A DNA stretch of 63,705 nucleotides, the filler included, from Welwitschia mirabilis (taxonomy: Eukaryota), in the NCBI GenBank assembly GCA_051453625.1. It is 8 parts of one record of this genome, joined end to end, with 100 filler letters (N's around TTAATTAATTAA, not from the genome) between each part and the next. Parts side by side here need not be neighbours in the genome. Positions count along the whole stretch, not along the records: positions 23,476 to 53,075 come from JBOZIK010000001.1; 7 more parts are not named here. One strand, 5' to 3'. Positions 23,376-35,317 of this stretch are shown here, piece after piece; within the stretch, counting starts at the first letter, position 1, and every line of letters begins with the position of its first letter. Made by a program: the position numbers and the translations under genes. The notes beneath the pieces were generated by a model. It worked only from the letters and a program-made list of their open reading frames with translations, ran no database searches and was not told the DNA's origin.

Positions 23376-25771
23376 NNNNNNNNNNNNNNNNNNNNNNNNN
23401 NNNNNNNNNNNNNNNNNNNTTAATTAATTAANNNNNNNNNNNNNNNNNNNNNNNNNNNNNNNNNNNNNNNNNNNNCACAAAGTAGTCGTTCCTCAATGGA
23501 GGATAAGCTACCCAACACTAAGTTAACATCTTTCTAGATTACAAGATGATTCTCTGGTCCCAAGATCTCCTATCATGAGAATATCAGGTACTATCGAATA
23601 TGATTAGGAATCAAAGGGAGACCTTTATTTATAGATAGAAAGGGAAAGTAAACTGACAGAAAGGTAAAGTAGAAACTCTAGCTAGTATGTAAGGGAAAGT
23701 CGCAAAGAACAGGTGACAACTCGATAATACATTCTGTAAAACTATGAGAGAATAGTGTCATCCTTCTAGTTATCTAGATGATAGAGAGGACGATAAGGAT
23801 TGACAATGAGTTATCTGCTTGGCGTCTAGTTTAACTGACTGTGAACTACATGTGAAGTTCTATCAACTAGTTCTAGAGATGTCATCCACTAATATCATCT
23901 GGACAATGAGGTAGAAGATGATGTTTGATAAGAAGATCTTTAATTCAACTGGAAGTTATCTCGAAAGAATTCTATCATATGCTCAATTACGGTTGTTGTC
24001 CTGACTGTCATTTGGATGATGAGGTGGACGACAATCTTTTCTCAATCTTTTGTTAGTGTGATTACTGTGTCTTCTATAGAATCATGATCCAAAAGTAATA
24101 CTCTTTTGTATATGCATGATTTGCTTGTATTTTATTTGATATTTACATGTTTTCATCTCATGCTCCTTGATTCTTTATTGTCATAGGAACTAAGTAATTA
24201 TCTATTAATTCATCTACAAAAGAACTCAAAATACCCTATCAAATACCCATCAGTTGGCATCGTAACATAGCCCCCCACTTAGCCTTATCAGTCACTGATA
24301 AAACCAGGTGGTAAACCATATTTACGAGCCAACTTTTAAATAATAAAGACAACTAGGATATTTAAAGAGAATATCTAAAATATATATATCAGTAATAAAC
24401 TAAGTTTCTGAAAATNNNNNNNNNNNNNNNNNNNNNNNNNNNNNNNNNNNNNNNNNNNNNNNNNNNNNNNNNNNNNNNNNNNNNNNNNNNNNNNNNNNNN
24501 NNNNNNNNNNNNNNNGTTTCTAAAAATTTTAAAAGCTGAATAAAAGACCTGGCAAGCATTAGAAGTGTGTCGTCTGGAATGTCGTTCGGATAATATTGGA
24601 GATGACAGGTTCCTCAAAAGATTTTTAGGATCTGGAACCTGTGACAGAAATTAGATCTTACATTAATATTAATAATTAGATTCTCATTGTGATAAACTAT
24701 CAAATAAAAAGATGAGCATCACATAAAATCAAAAAATTCTATTTCAAAAATATGCAGTCATGTATTCATAATAAAAAAAATTATATCAGAATTATGCAAT
24801 ACTGAAATTATATGTGTATCCTGTCCCCCACTTAAAATGTACAATGCATCCCGAATTGCCTAAACTAATGAAAATGAAAAATTGCAATAATGACTNNNNN
24901 NNNNNNNNNNNNNNNNNNNNNNNNNNNNNNNNNNNNNNNNNNNNNNNNNNNNNNNNNNNNNNNNNNNNNNNNNNNNNNNNNNNNNNNNNNNNNNNNNNNN
25001 NNNNNNNNNNNNNNNNNNNNNNNNNNNNNNNNNNNNNNNNNNNNNNNNNNNNNNNNNNNNNNNNNNNNNNNNNNNNNNNNNNNNNNNNNNNNNNNNNNNN
25101 NNNNNNNNNNNNNNNNNNNNNNNNNNNNNNNNNNNNNNNNNNNNNNNNNNNNNNNNNNNNNNNNNNNNNNNNNNNNNNNNNNNNNNNNNNNNNNNNNNNN
25201 NNNNNNNNNNNNNNNNNNNNNNNNNNNGCAGTCATGTATTCATAATCAAAAAAAATTATATCAGAATTATGCAATACTAAAATTATATGTGTATCCTGTC
25301 CCCCACTTAAAATGTACAATGCATCCCAAATTGCCTAAACTAACGAAAATGAAAAATTGCAACAACGACTGGAATGAAAAACTACTAATGCGTAAAGTTC
25401 TAAGAAAAGAAGAAAATGCAAAAATAACTAGAAAATAGTAGACATGAAAATAGAAGAAAAGGAAAGGAGAAATAAACATAAGGAACAAGAAGAAGAATGT
25501 TTACCTATTCTAAGTACTAATGTAGCAAACTCCAAAGTAAAATATCATAATAGTACCAGAGAAAAGATGTATGATAAAATGTATTAACTCAATAAAGTCC
25601 ATTCGAAAGGGTAGTGGTTATGGTGATATTTATGTTTTTAAGTGTGTAGAATAATGAAGGTCAAATCAAAAGGTACTTGGAAATGGACTCATCTATTTCT
25701 ACCTACAAATTCACCAAGATTTCCAAAAGTGAAATGATCAAGTGGGAATACTAAAAAGTTATATTTCTTTT

Positions 25772-25928
25772 GCCATGATGAAGGGAGTGCAACCACTATC
25801 AGAGAAGTAAGGACCCATGAAGCATGGCCAACTGACCCCCTAGTGGAGTTCCCATAGATACCATATTACACTGCCAAAGGCTCCTCTTGGAAATATTTGC
25901 TCCAGTGTACTTGCAGTAGGACATCATG
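25772..25928 (-). other. Conserved non-coding island, copy 3
   Basis: Reverse complement is colinear with 41-197. Confidence 0.75.
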
Positions 25929-26382
25929 CTTTTTACTTTTTTTTTGGACAAAAAATTGATAATTCCCACAGGATCACACACTTAAGAATACTAATGTGAA
26001 TAAGTAAAGTAAAACATAAAAAAGAACACTCCTTGATAACTTAAGATTTAGCCACCATTAAAAAAAAACAACACAAAAAATAAGGTATCTTCCTGTAAAT
26101 ACAGTCCATAGACATGGGAATGTCTCAAGATTAAGTGAATCCAATCTTACCACTTATAAATGCCCAAGTATAAAATAATCATGATACTTTATGAAGTAAT
26201 ATACAATTCAAGTTAAAAGATAATCAAGTAATGTTATAATGTTTAACTAAGGAAGTAAGCTAAGAAAGAACTTAAGTAGGAAACAAATGCTTCTACTATG
26301 TTCATAGTTACGTCTAAAATTCCTNNNNNNNNNNNNNNNNNNNNNNNNNNNNNNNNNNNNNNNNNNNNNNNNNNNNNNNNNN

Positions 26383-28645
26383 TAATTTATTCTTTTAAAA
26401 TTTTCTTGAGGTTTGGATGGTGTTGTAAAGATAGGTTAGGTTTTAGATCTTCTTCTAAATCTAAACTATTGACTAAATCTTTTTCAGCTATATCAAAGAC
26501 TCATATTGAAAATCGTTTGTTTCCAAAGTAAAATTTCATTAATCTAGTTCTAATGTCTATGATAAAATGGATGGTTACATAGAAATCTCTACCTAGAAGT
26601 AGGGGATATCTATTTTGATGCTCAACTTCTAAAACAACTACATCGATGGGTAGAAAGCTTCCTCGATCTGAATGACCAAGTCCTTTATCACACCTAAGGG
26701 TTTATTGATAGATGAATCAGCTAACTCTAAGATAATTTTTGTAGGTTCTATTCTCTCTTCCAATCCTAAACATTTACAAATGTGCAAAGGCATAATATTA
26801 ACACTAGCTCCTATATCTATCAAGTCTTTCTTAATTTTTTGATTCTCCTCTAACGTGACACTAACAGTTGTTGCTCCTGGATCTTCAAATTTTGAACACT
26901 TCTTGAAAACTAAATTGCTAATAGATTGAGCTAAAAAGACTTTACTAGGGATAGTTCATTTTTATTTTCTTCTGATTAGATATTTCCATAGCTTAGAGTA
27001 TTTGAGGTTTTCTTGCAAAAGTTCCCAAAATGGTAAGTTGATGCTTATGTCTTGCATTAAGGCTTTCAAGTGATCATCAAAAACAGGATTTTTGTTAAGC
27101 CTATTAAGCCATGGGGTAGCAGATTTATTTTGTGAGGAATTTTTCTTTTTATTGCTAAGTGAAGAAGGGAAGGAATGATTTTCTAAGATTTATATGTCTT
27201 CTTCATCATCATTCTTGTCATTTTGAGAAGTTGAAGCCTCATAAGTAGGGGGAGTTGTGTCATGTCCATTCCTTATTACCACCTTACAATTTTTTTGTAC
27301 TTTGTTAGGGTTCAGTAAAGGTTGAATGGCAAGGGTCCCTTGTGGTCTTTGGTTGACAAGCATGGTTTGTTGCAAGATGTTTACTAGATTTTTTATGTTT
27401 GCATTTGTCTTCTCTTGAGTTTTTCTTAACTTCTCGATATAATTCCTAAGAGGATCACTATGGTTCTGGGAGTTGGAAGGGCTTATCATGTTATTTTGAT
27501 AGTTAGATTGAAAGTTTTGATGATCAAATCTATTTCGGTAAGGTTGGGAGTTATGATGATGTGGTTGAAAATTATTAGGTTGTTCATTCATCCTATGTTG
27601 AAAATTATGATTGGGGACTTGTCTTTAGTTATAACCTTGAGTGTAGTTAGAGGGTCCTTAGTTCAAAGCACGAAATTCTTCATAAATTCTCTCTTTGCAT
27701 GTAGGGAGTAAAGAATACTCTTTCGTGACATGATAACTATCCTCGCATAAATCACAAGTTGGAATAATGAGTTGATTCTTCTCAGTTGTCACTTTAGCAT
27801 CAAGGATCATCTGAGTGTATTTCTCTAAAGTAGATGTAATATTCTTAATGACGCTAGTTAGTTCATGTTCTATTTTGGTTGCAGCTTTCTCATGTTCGAC
27901 TTCTTTGAGGTCTTTAATGATTTGGCCTACTGTTTTGTTTTCTCTAGATGAAGGTTTAGGCCAAGTTTAACTTACTTTNNNNNNNNNNNNNNNNNNNNNN
28001 NNNNNNNNNNNNNNNNNNNNNNNNNNNAGGTTGCCTCCACAAGAGAAATCAACAAGCTATTTAGTATGACTATTTAATCCACTATAAAAATAGTCTATTA
28101 ATTCTACCTTAGAAAAGGCATCTATTGGATTTGAATGTAAAGCCACAAAGAATCTCTCATAAGCAGAATCATAGTCTTCATTAGGCAGTTGCTGGAATTT
28201 TGTGACTTTTTTCTTATGTTTTCGGATGATGATTTCATTCATAAATCTTTTGATAAAGGCTTCTTGTACTTGGCTCTAAGATTTTAGACTCTTATGAGGG
28301 ATCGTTCGAAGTCAAAGTTTAGCCTTATCTCGTAATGTGATGGGAAAATAACCATATAGGTTCTATCAGTTATGCACTTTTTACCGTTTCCAGAAGTAAG
28401 AATGAGTTATTTACTTTCAGCGATGTGTTGTAGGGATCTTCATCAGGTTCTCCTTGAAAGGTAGGATAAGCATTTAAGTTTTTAAGTTCCACATCATTAC
28501 CTGGATGTAAGTCAAAAGGGTTTTGAATTTCAAGTCTTTTATTTGCTATCATATCTCTCAGAGTCACATGAGAAGTAGGAGTAATCGTTCCAATGACAGG
28601 GATTGGATTCGGTGAGATAGGTTATTTTTAGTGAGAGGTTGACAT
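26383..28645 (-). pseudogene. gag: Athila gag + aspartic protease, degenerate
   Basis: PTFQGEPDEDPY; KFQQLPNEDYDSAYERF...LIDYFYSGL; KFEDPGATTV; LIDIGASVNIMPL...LELADSSINKPLGVIKDL; PLLLGR. Confidence 0.9.
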
Positions 28646-29091
28646 GATATGAAATTTTTCAAAATTAAAATTAGACTCTTTTGCATAATTAAAATTAGAA
28701 ATTTTAGGAAATTTTAAAGTTTATGTACCTGAAATATTTTGATTTTTAATTTTAAAATTTAACAAACCTTCTCANNNNNNNNNNNNNNNNNNNNNNNNNN
28801 NNNNNNNNNNNNNNNNNNNNNNNNNNNNNNNNNNNNNNNNNNNNNNNNTCACATCATTTAGATGATACCCTGGACGATAGATATAGAAAACACAGACAAC
28901 CACAAAATGAGGAAAAGCAAAAAAGGATACAGTCATTCGACTGTGACGTCTGGATAACAAAAGGGATGTCAATGATTAGTAAATAGTTAAAACTAAAATA
29001 AAATACTTACAGAGTACTTGTACACCGCTACTGTAGCAAATATCTGGAATATGCACTGAAGCAATGATGACTCTCGATTTCCAAGCAGCCT

Positions 29092-29109
29092 TCCCTAGCA
29101 ACGACGTCA
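29092..29109 (-). promoter_or_regulatory. Primer-binding site, tRNA-Asp type (Athila)
   Basis: TGACGTCGTTGCTAGGGA matches TGGCGCCGTTGCCGGGGA at 14/18, all differences are transitions, and it lies 3 nt from the LTR end. Confidence 0.75.
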
Positions 29110-30381
29110 CTTTGTTACGGTGCAAATTTATGCAATGTTTCACGCTTTGATTTAAATCTTGTTAATTACAAATAAGATGCATAACTATAGCACGCTAGTA
29201 TAGATGGAGTGATCCAAATTTCATAATTCCGTCGAAGGCCAATAGTATGAATAATAAAGATTTGATTTCAAGAAAGAAATATGTAACCTTAATCTACTGA
29301 AATAAATTGCAATGCATGAAATGAAAATAGTGATGCAAAACTACTCTATGAAATTGAATTAACAATGCACCTAATATAATCAAGATTNNNNNNNNNNNNN
29401 NNNNNNNNNNNNNNNNNNNNNNNNNNNNNNNNNNNNNNNNNNNNNNNNNNNNNNNNNNNNNNNNNNNNNNNNNNNNNNNNNNNNNNNNNNNNNNNNNNNN
29501 NNNNNNNNNNNNNNNNNNNNNNNNNNNNNNNNNNNNNNNNNNNNNNNNNNNNNNNNNNNNNNNNNNNNNNNNNNNNNNNNNTTTCTCTCTGGATTACAAG
29601 ATGGTTCTCCGGTTCCAAGACCTCCTATCACGAGAATGTCAGGTACTATTGAAGATGATTAGGAATCGAGGGGGATACCTTTATTTATAGACAAAAAGGA
29701 AAAGGGAACTGACAGAAAAGTAAAGGAGAAACCCTAGCTAACATGCATAATAAAGTCGCAATAAAGAGGCACCAACTCGGAAAAACATTCTGTAAAAGTG
29801 TGAAAAAATANNNNNNNNNNNNNNNNNNNNNNNNNNNNNNNNNNNNNNNNNNNNNNNNNNNNNNNNNNNNNNNNNNNNNNNNNNNNNNNNNNNNNNNNNN
29901 NNNNNNNNNNNNNNNNNNNNNNNNNNNNNNNNNNNNNNNNNNNNNNNNNNNNNNNNNNNNNNNNNNNNNNNNNNNNNNNNNNNNNNNNAAGATCTTCAGT
30001 TCAAAGAAGTTATCTTGAAAGAATTCTATCATATGCTCAATTGGGGTTGTCATCCTGGCTATTGTGTGGACGATGAAATGGATGATAATCTTTTCTCAAT
30101 CTTTTTTCAGTGTGATTACTTTGTCTTATATAGAATCATGATCTAAAAGTGATACTCTTTTGTATCTACATGATTTGCTTATATTTTATCCGATATTTGC
30201 ATGTTTTGATCTTGTGCTCCTTGATTCTTGATTGTCATAGGAACTAAGNNNNNNNNNNNNNNNNNNNNNNNNNNNNNNNNNNNNNNNNNNNNNNNNNNNN
30301 NNNNNNNNNNNNNNNNNNNNNNNNNNNNNNNNNNNNNNNNNNNNNNNNNNNNNNNNNNNNNNNNNNNNNNNNNNNNNNNNN

Positions 30382-32636
30382 TACATAAATGGTTTGAATC
30401 TTAGAATTATTTGGGATACTATCAATCCCTTTTGGGGGCCAATAAGATAGCCATGGATTAGATAAAAGAAGAAAATAAGACTCTTAAGAATCAAAGAAGA
30501 AAAACAACCTCTTCTGGTCGACTTCCATATAATTCATTAATAAAATAATTTTCATCAAAATAATGGAGAAAATTAGAAGAGCAATAAGTTCAATTTAGGG
30601 CATCCCTTTAACTTTTTAACTTTGTCTAGTGAAATAAAAGATAGAACAAAACCGAGTATTATTAATACTTTGAGAGAATCTTATGCAAAGTTAAAGAAGG
30701 ATATTAGAATAATAAGCCTTGGATCTACCTAATTCATTATTCAAAATTTGAAAACTAAAACATGAGATTCCTCCATGAGCTTTATCTCATGGAAGTAAAG
30801 TTGGGTAAGCAGATTAGTTTTGGGCATGATGAATTGTCTATGCCACATAGCCTTGACTAATATCCTTAGAAGTTATGCAACTTTATTAATAGATTTAAAG
30901 AAAATTTAGAGAGTATTATTCAAAAAAATTCTAGAAAATGGTTAAATATAATTCATGTTTTTGATAATTATAAAAAAGATACTAAAGCATTGTGGCTTGA
31001 AATTATTCAAAAAGGATTGGACGTTTTCATGAGAAAACTTAAAACGTTTTAGATGATGTTATGATAAAATTTTATAGGATATTATAAGAATGTGAATTAA
31101 ATGTTAAAGTTTTTTTCATGTCCTTTTAGTATTTTTAGTAGTTAAGTTCTTTTAGAGATTAAATTATTTAGAACATGACTATGCTGAGAGGCATGTTCGT
31201 AGACTTTTTTTTAAAGTTGGAGAATAGAGATATTTGTAAAATGTATGTAGTTACTCTTGGTCAAACCTAAAGACTGAGACTGTAAGTTGAAGCAACTCCA
31301 AAGCCAGAATGTTTGTCTTAAAGTCCCAAAGCAAAAGTCCCTTCAGCTTCTAAGAGAAATAGAGAAAAACCAACCAAGCCAAGAGCTCCTCCACGAGGTA
31401 GAGTCCAAGGTAGAAAAGTAGCTGTAGAGCAGGTTAAAATAGAGATAATAGATTTAAATGATCCTATTCTTCAAGAGGAATAGAGAAATATCTTAAAGGC
31501 CTTATAAAAGATAAAATAATCTACCCAATCCACTAAACAAAGGGAGGAGTCAGAATCCAGTGGGAAGCACCCATTTATTTTCAAAAGAAGAAAAATTAAA
31601 TAATATGATTCTCTATTTTTCTCTTTTGTATATAATTTTTTTTTTAATTAAGGGACTAAAAAAACCTTGAGCTTGGGGGAATTGATGAGGATAAATTTTA
31701 ATGTAAATTATGTTTATTAATAAAGTGTTTTGGTTATCTTAATCATGTATTTTAGTTAATAATAGATGTTTTTGTTTATTAATATAATTACTAATCAATA
31801 GGTTAGTTAGTATGTTAGTAGGTTAGTATATATATTTTATTATTTCATTTTAGGTATAGAACATCATGTGGCATAAAGATAAAAGAGAAGGTTGAGGTGG
31901 GAAAAAAGTAGTAACAAAACCCAAATATACCTATTATTAAGAAGTAAAGAATAAAAATAAAAAAACAAATAGGGGTATAAGAATAGGATTACCACCAAAG
32001 GTGGGAAACGTTTTGGTAAAACATTATAGAAATAGATAAGATAATAAGGTTAAAAAAGGAAGCTTCAACTATCTTACAAATGGCACAGCAACATTTGCCA
32101 TACTCCAGAATGTTACCTACAAAGGAGAACATAAGCCTTAGCACATATTTATGTAATAATTGATATTTCAATGTAAGGCTAAAAAGCATATTTGAGTATC
32201 ATTATGTGCATACTTAATTAGTTGAAAAAGTAATATTATATTTATTTTCTCCTATTTGTGTGGCTAAACATAAACTATGATAATTAATAGTACTTATTAA
32301 GTAGTGTCTAGTATTTCTTCTAAATTCTATCATGCTTTATTACTTTCATCATTCCCTTTTTCTGTAATATATATACATAGTAATTTAGTAGTAATAAACC
32401 AACCTGACTAGTTCAAGTAACTTCATCATGAGACTATTATAATGATGCATTTTTAACTAAATGGTCGAATCTCAATTAGTTCTTTAGTAAGCATTTCTTT
32501 ATTTTTAATTAATGATGTTTGCTTATTTTTAAGTTAACAATAGTATAGTTTTTGCATTTTTCTAGTATTATTTTACATTTTTTGATATTATTTAGTGATA
32601 TTTTCTACACTTATTTCATCATATAATCACCCATCA
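30382..32636 (+). mobile_element. 3' end of a family B element: coding-like remnant, PPT and complete 3' LTR (31683-32636)
   Basis: GAGCTTGGGGGAAT then TGATG...CATCA (5-bp inverted termini). The last ~115 bp match 11924-12039. Confidence 0.8.
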
Positions 32637-33609
32637 ATAACATTTTAAGAAAATTAAAATATTTTCTATTTGAAGTAGCAATCTTATAATCAAAGAGGAT
32701 AATCTAATACAAGAAAAATCTTTACAAAGCTCATCATTCACCTTATTATCTAAATGATCAGACAGACAATAGAAAAAACATATCCTGATTAGGACACTTA
32801 CTGGACTAATCTAACTACTGATGTAAATCCTATATGATGTGACATCATCTCCTATGAGATTTGGATAACTTATCTTCTTTATCTCTAGAAATTCTCATGA
32901 GAGGATATTGAAGGATAGGAAATTCACATCTTGTCATTGTAGAGAGACGACTTCCTTGGTGTTGGGCTATGTATCTTCATTGAGGTACTGCTACTTTGTA
33001 ACATGGATATTAGTTTAACTTAATTAAAACTCCATTTTTATTTTTATATCATTTGTTAAATGCATCTTTCTTATGGTTTATATTGCTTTTAATTCTGTGA
33101 TAGTTTCATTTGTGATATAGATCATGTAGGCAACCTTTATCAAGGTCGATATTATTAGTTTAGCTACATTACATTTCATTTCCTAGATTAACTTTACATT
33201 GTTTTCATATTTTTTTTGATACACCTAATAGCTTAGGTTGGTCTTGGTTTGGCGACAAATTTTCTAGATTGATCTAGGTTATAAAAGATTGATCTCTATG
33301 ATTGATTGATTTGGTAATTAAATAGATATTGCATTTAGAATAGAACTTGCATCTCATTTGCATTGTGTGTTTATTTGCATTATTACTTTACATTATTATT
33401 TTATTCTACTTAAGATTACATAAGTATTTCTTTTTGAAGTCAATTCTATTTCCTCTTGCATGTGCCTTTAATAGAATTATAACATTTGGATCACTCTCAT
33501 CTATATTAGTGTATTGTGTTATGTAATATATATATATATATATATATATATAAGTAATTTTTAGGATTTATTTGAGAATGTAAAGTTTACATAAATACAT
33601 ACCACAACA
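32637..33609 (+). repeat. Family A-type LTR, 3' portion
   Basis: Homologous to ~2050-2627. Ends TACATAAATACATACCACAACA and contains (AT)n at 33526-33552. Confidence 0.7.
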
Positions 33610-34081
33610 ATGATGCATGCTAGGAATTTTTCCTAACTTATTGAATTCATGCATGAAAATGTTTATGAATGATTTTTCTATTTATGGATCTAGTTTTAAC
33701 CAATGCCTTCGTAACTTAGAACTTTTTATTTATAGATGTATTAAAAAATGTCTCATTTTAAACTAAGAAAAATGTTATTTTATGATGAATAAATGCATAG
33801 TCATAGGTTATATCACATCTTCCCAAGGAATTCAAGTAGATCCCTCTAAGGTTTTCTTAATGACTTACCTACCTACTTTGCAAAAGCAAAAAGATATTAG
33901 ATCTTTCTTAGAACATGCAAGATATTTTAGAATATTTATTAAAAAATTTAGTAAGGTTTCGAAACCTCTCTGCAACCTCCTTAGCAAAGATGTCCCTTTT
34001 AAATGGACTAAATAGTGTTAACAAGCTTTTGATAAGCTCAAAGAAAAACTTACTATAACATCCAACCTTCCAACTAGAAGT
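33610..34081 (+). pseudogene. pol: Athila reverse transcriptase C-terminal part
   Basis: CMLGIF...MKMFMNDFSIYGSSFNQCLRNL...EKCYFMM...QGIQVDPSK...DIRSFL..FIKKFSKVSKPLCNLLSKDVPFKW. Confidence 0.92.
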
Positions 34082-35317
34082 TGTTAAGTTATATTAATAA
34101 ATTGATGTGAAACTAATATCTTTGGTATAGCATAAGATGTATCAAAGCATAAGATGTATCAAATATATTTTAGGGAGTTAAATCCTTGTAGATCAAAATT
34201 AATCCAACATTTTCTACTACTTTTATGTAACCTAAAAAGTAATAAAGCTCTAAAAATTAATAAATCTCTTAAAGGATTGACTAGATCCTAGAGGGGTCAA
34301 TTAATTCTATATCAAAAATTATCTGATCCATTTATCAAGGGATCAACTAGATCCTAAAGGGGTCAACTAGATATGTGCTAAAAATTTTTTGATATTAAAT
34401 TGATAAGTGGTTAACTGGATTAAAATGAAGTCAATCAGACCTGAAAAAAATGTAGTTATCTAGATTCTAGATGGAGTTAATTAGAGTATGTAATGTAAAA
34501 AAATTAGGTCGACCAGAATAAAATGGATTTGATGAAATTTAGTAATAGAAACCATTAGGGTTGACTAGATGTTTCAAGGGGTTAACTAGTTATAGTGGAA
34601 GTGAAATTTTTTAGTTTATTTTCTAGACATTATCTCTTTCATTTCAAATCATTGAAGTGTCAAATTCATTTGTCAATCCTAAAAACTTGACTTCTATATA
34701 AGTCAAGTAAATCATAAACTTTATGTCAAATGTTTAACCAAAAACAAAAGAGACATTCTTTTAGTATAGATATTCATTGGTCAAAATATTACACTATATG
34801 AGTTTGTACTTATGATCTTCTCTTCAAATAGTGTATTTTCACTTTATTACACTTTAGATCTGGTGGAGATAGTGCATTCAAGCACACTATTCTCATTGAA
34901 AGATTTACTTTATAAAGGTTGAGACTAAGCCTTAAAAAGTCCATTTGTAAATGTTACAAGTTAACCTAGAAACATGGAAACAAAGAAATAAAGATCCAAA
35001 TTAGCTTAGGATTAAAGCTGGTAACCAAGAGTGGAGTAAGAAGACTTTCCTAAATCATTATAAATCATTGTATCTGGTGCTCTTATTTGATATTTTCCAT
35101 TTTAGTTAAATTCTTGCTACTTTATTCATCTAGTTTCATCTCCTTTAATATTAGTTTATTCTTATTTCAAATGCATTAATATTTTGGTATAACTTTTAAG
35201 GGGTAAATTTTAAATCTATTTACTCCTCCTCTAGGGTTTGTAAATTTTTCATTTAGTATCAGAGTCAAATTAAGTTAGTTGTAGATCCTAATAGATCTTG
35301 ACTCCTTAACCCTAGTC

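Larger units (their letters stand above)
23476..30248 (-). mobile_element. Family A Athila-like element with both LTRs; gag and protease visible, no RT/RH/INT
   Basis: 5' LTR 29113->30248 (runs into a gap), PBS 29092-29109, gag-PR 28645-26383, PPT ~24268-24281, 3' LTR <23476-24267. The two LTRs align (23530-24190 vs 29582-30248). Confidence 0.88.

Noticed and set aside
27460..27711. Hydrophobic ORFs repeated at 56864-57142, and ORF 62774-63139
   Set aside because: Antisense shadows of gag and integrase coding sequence.
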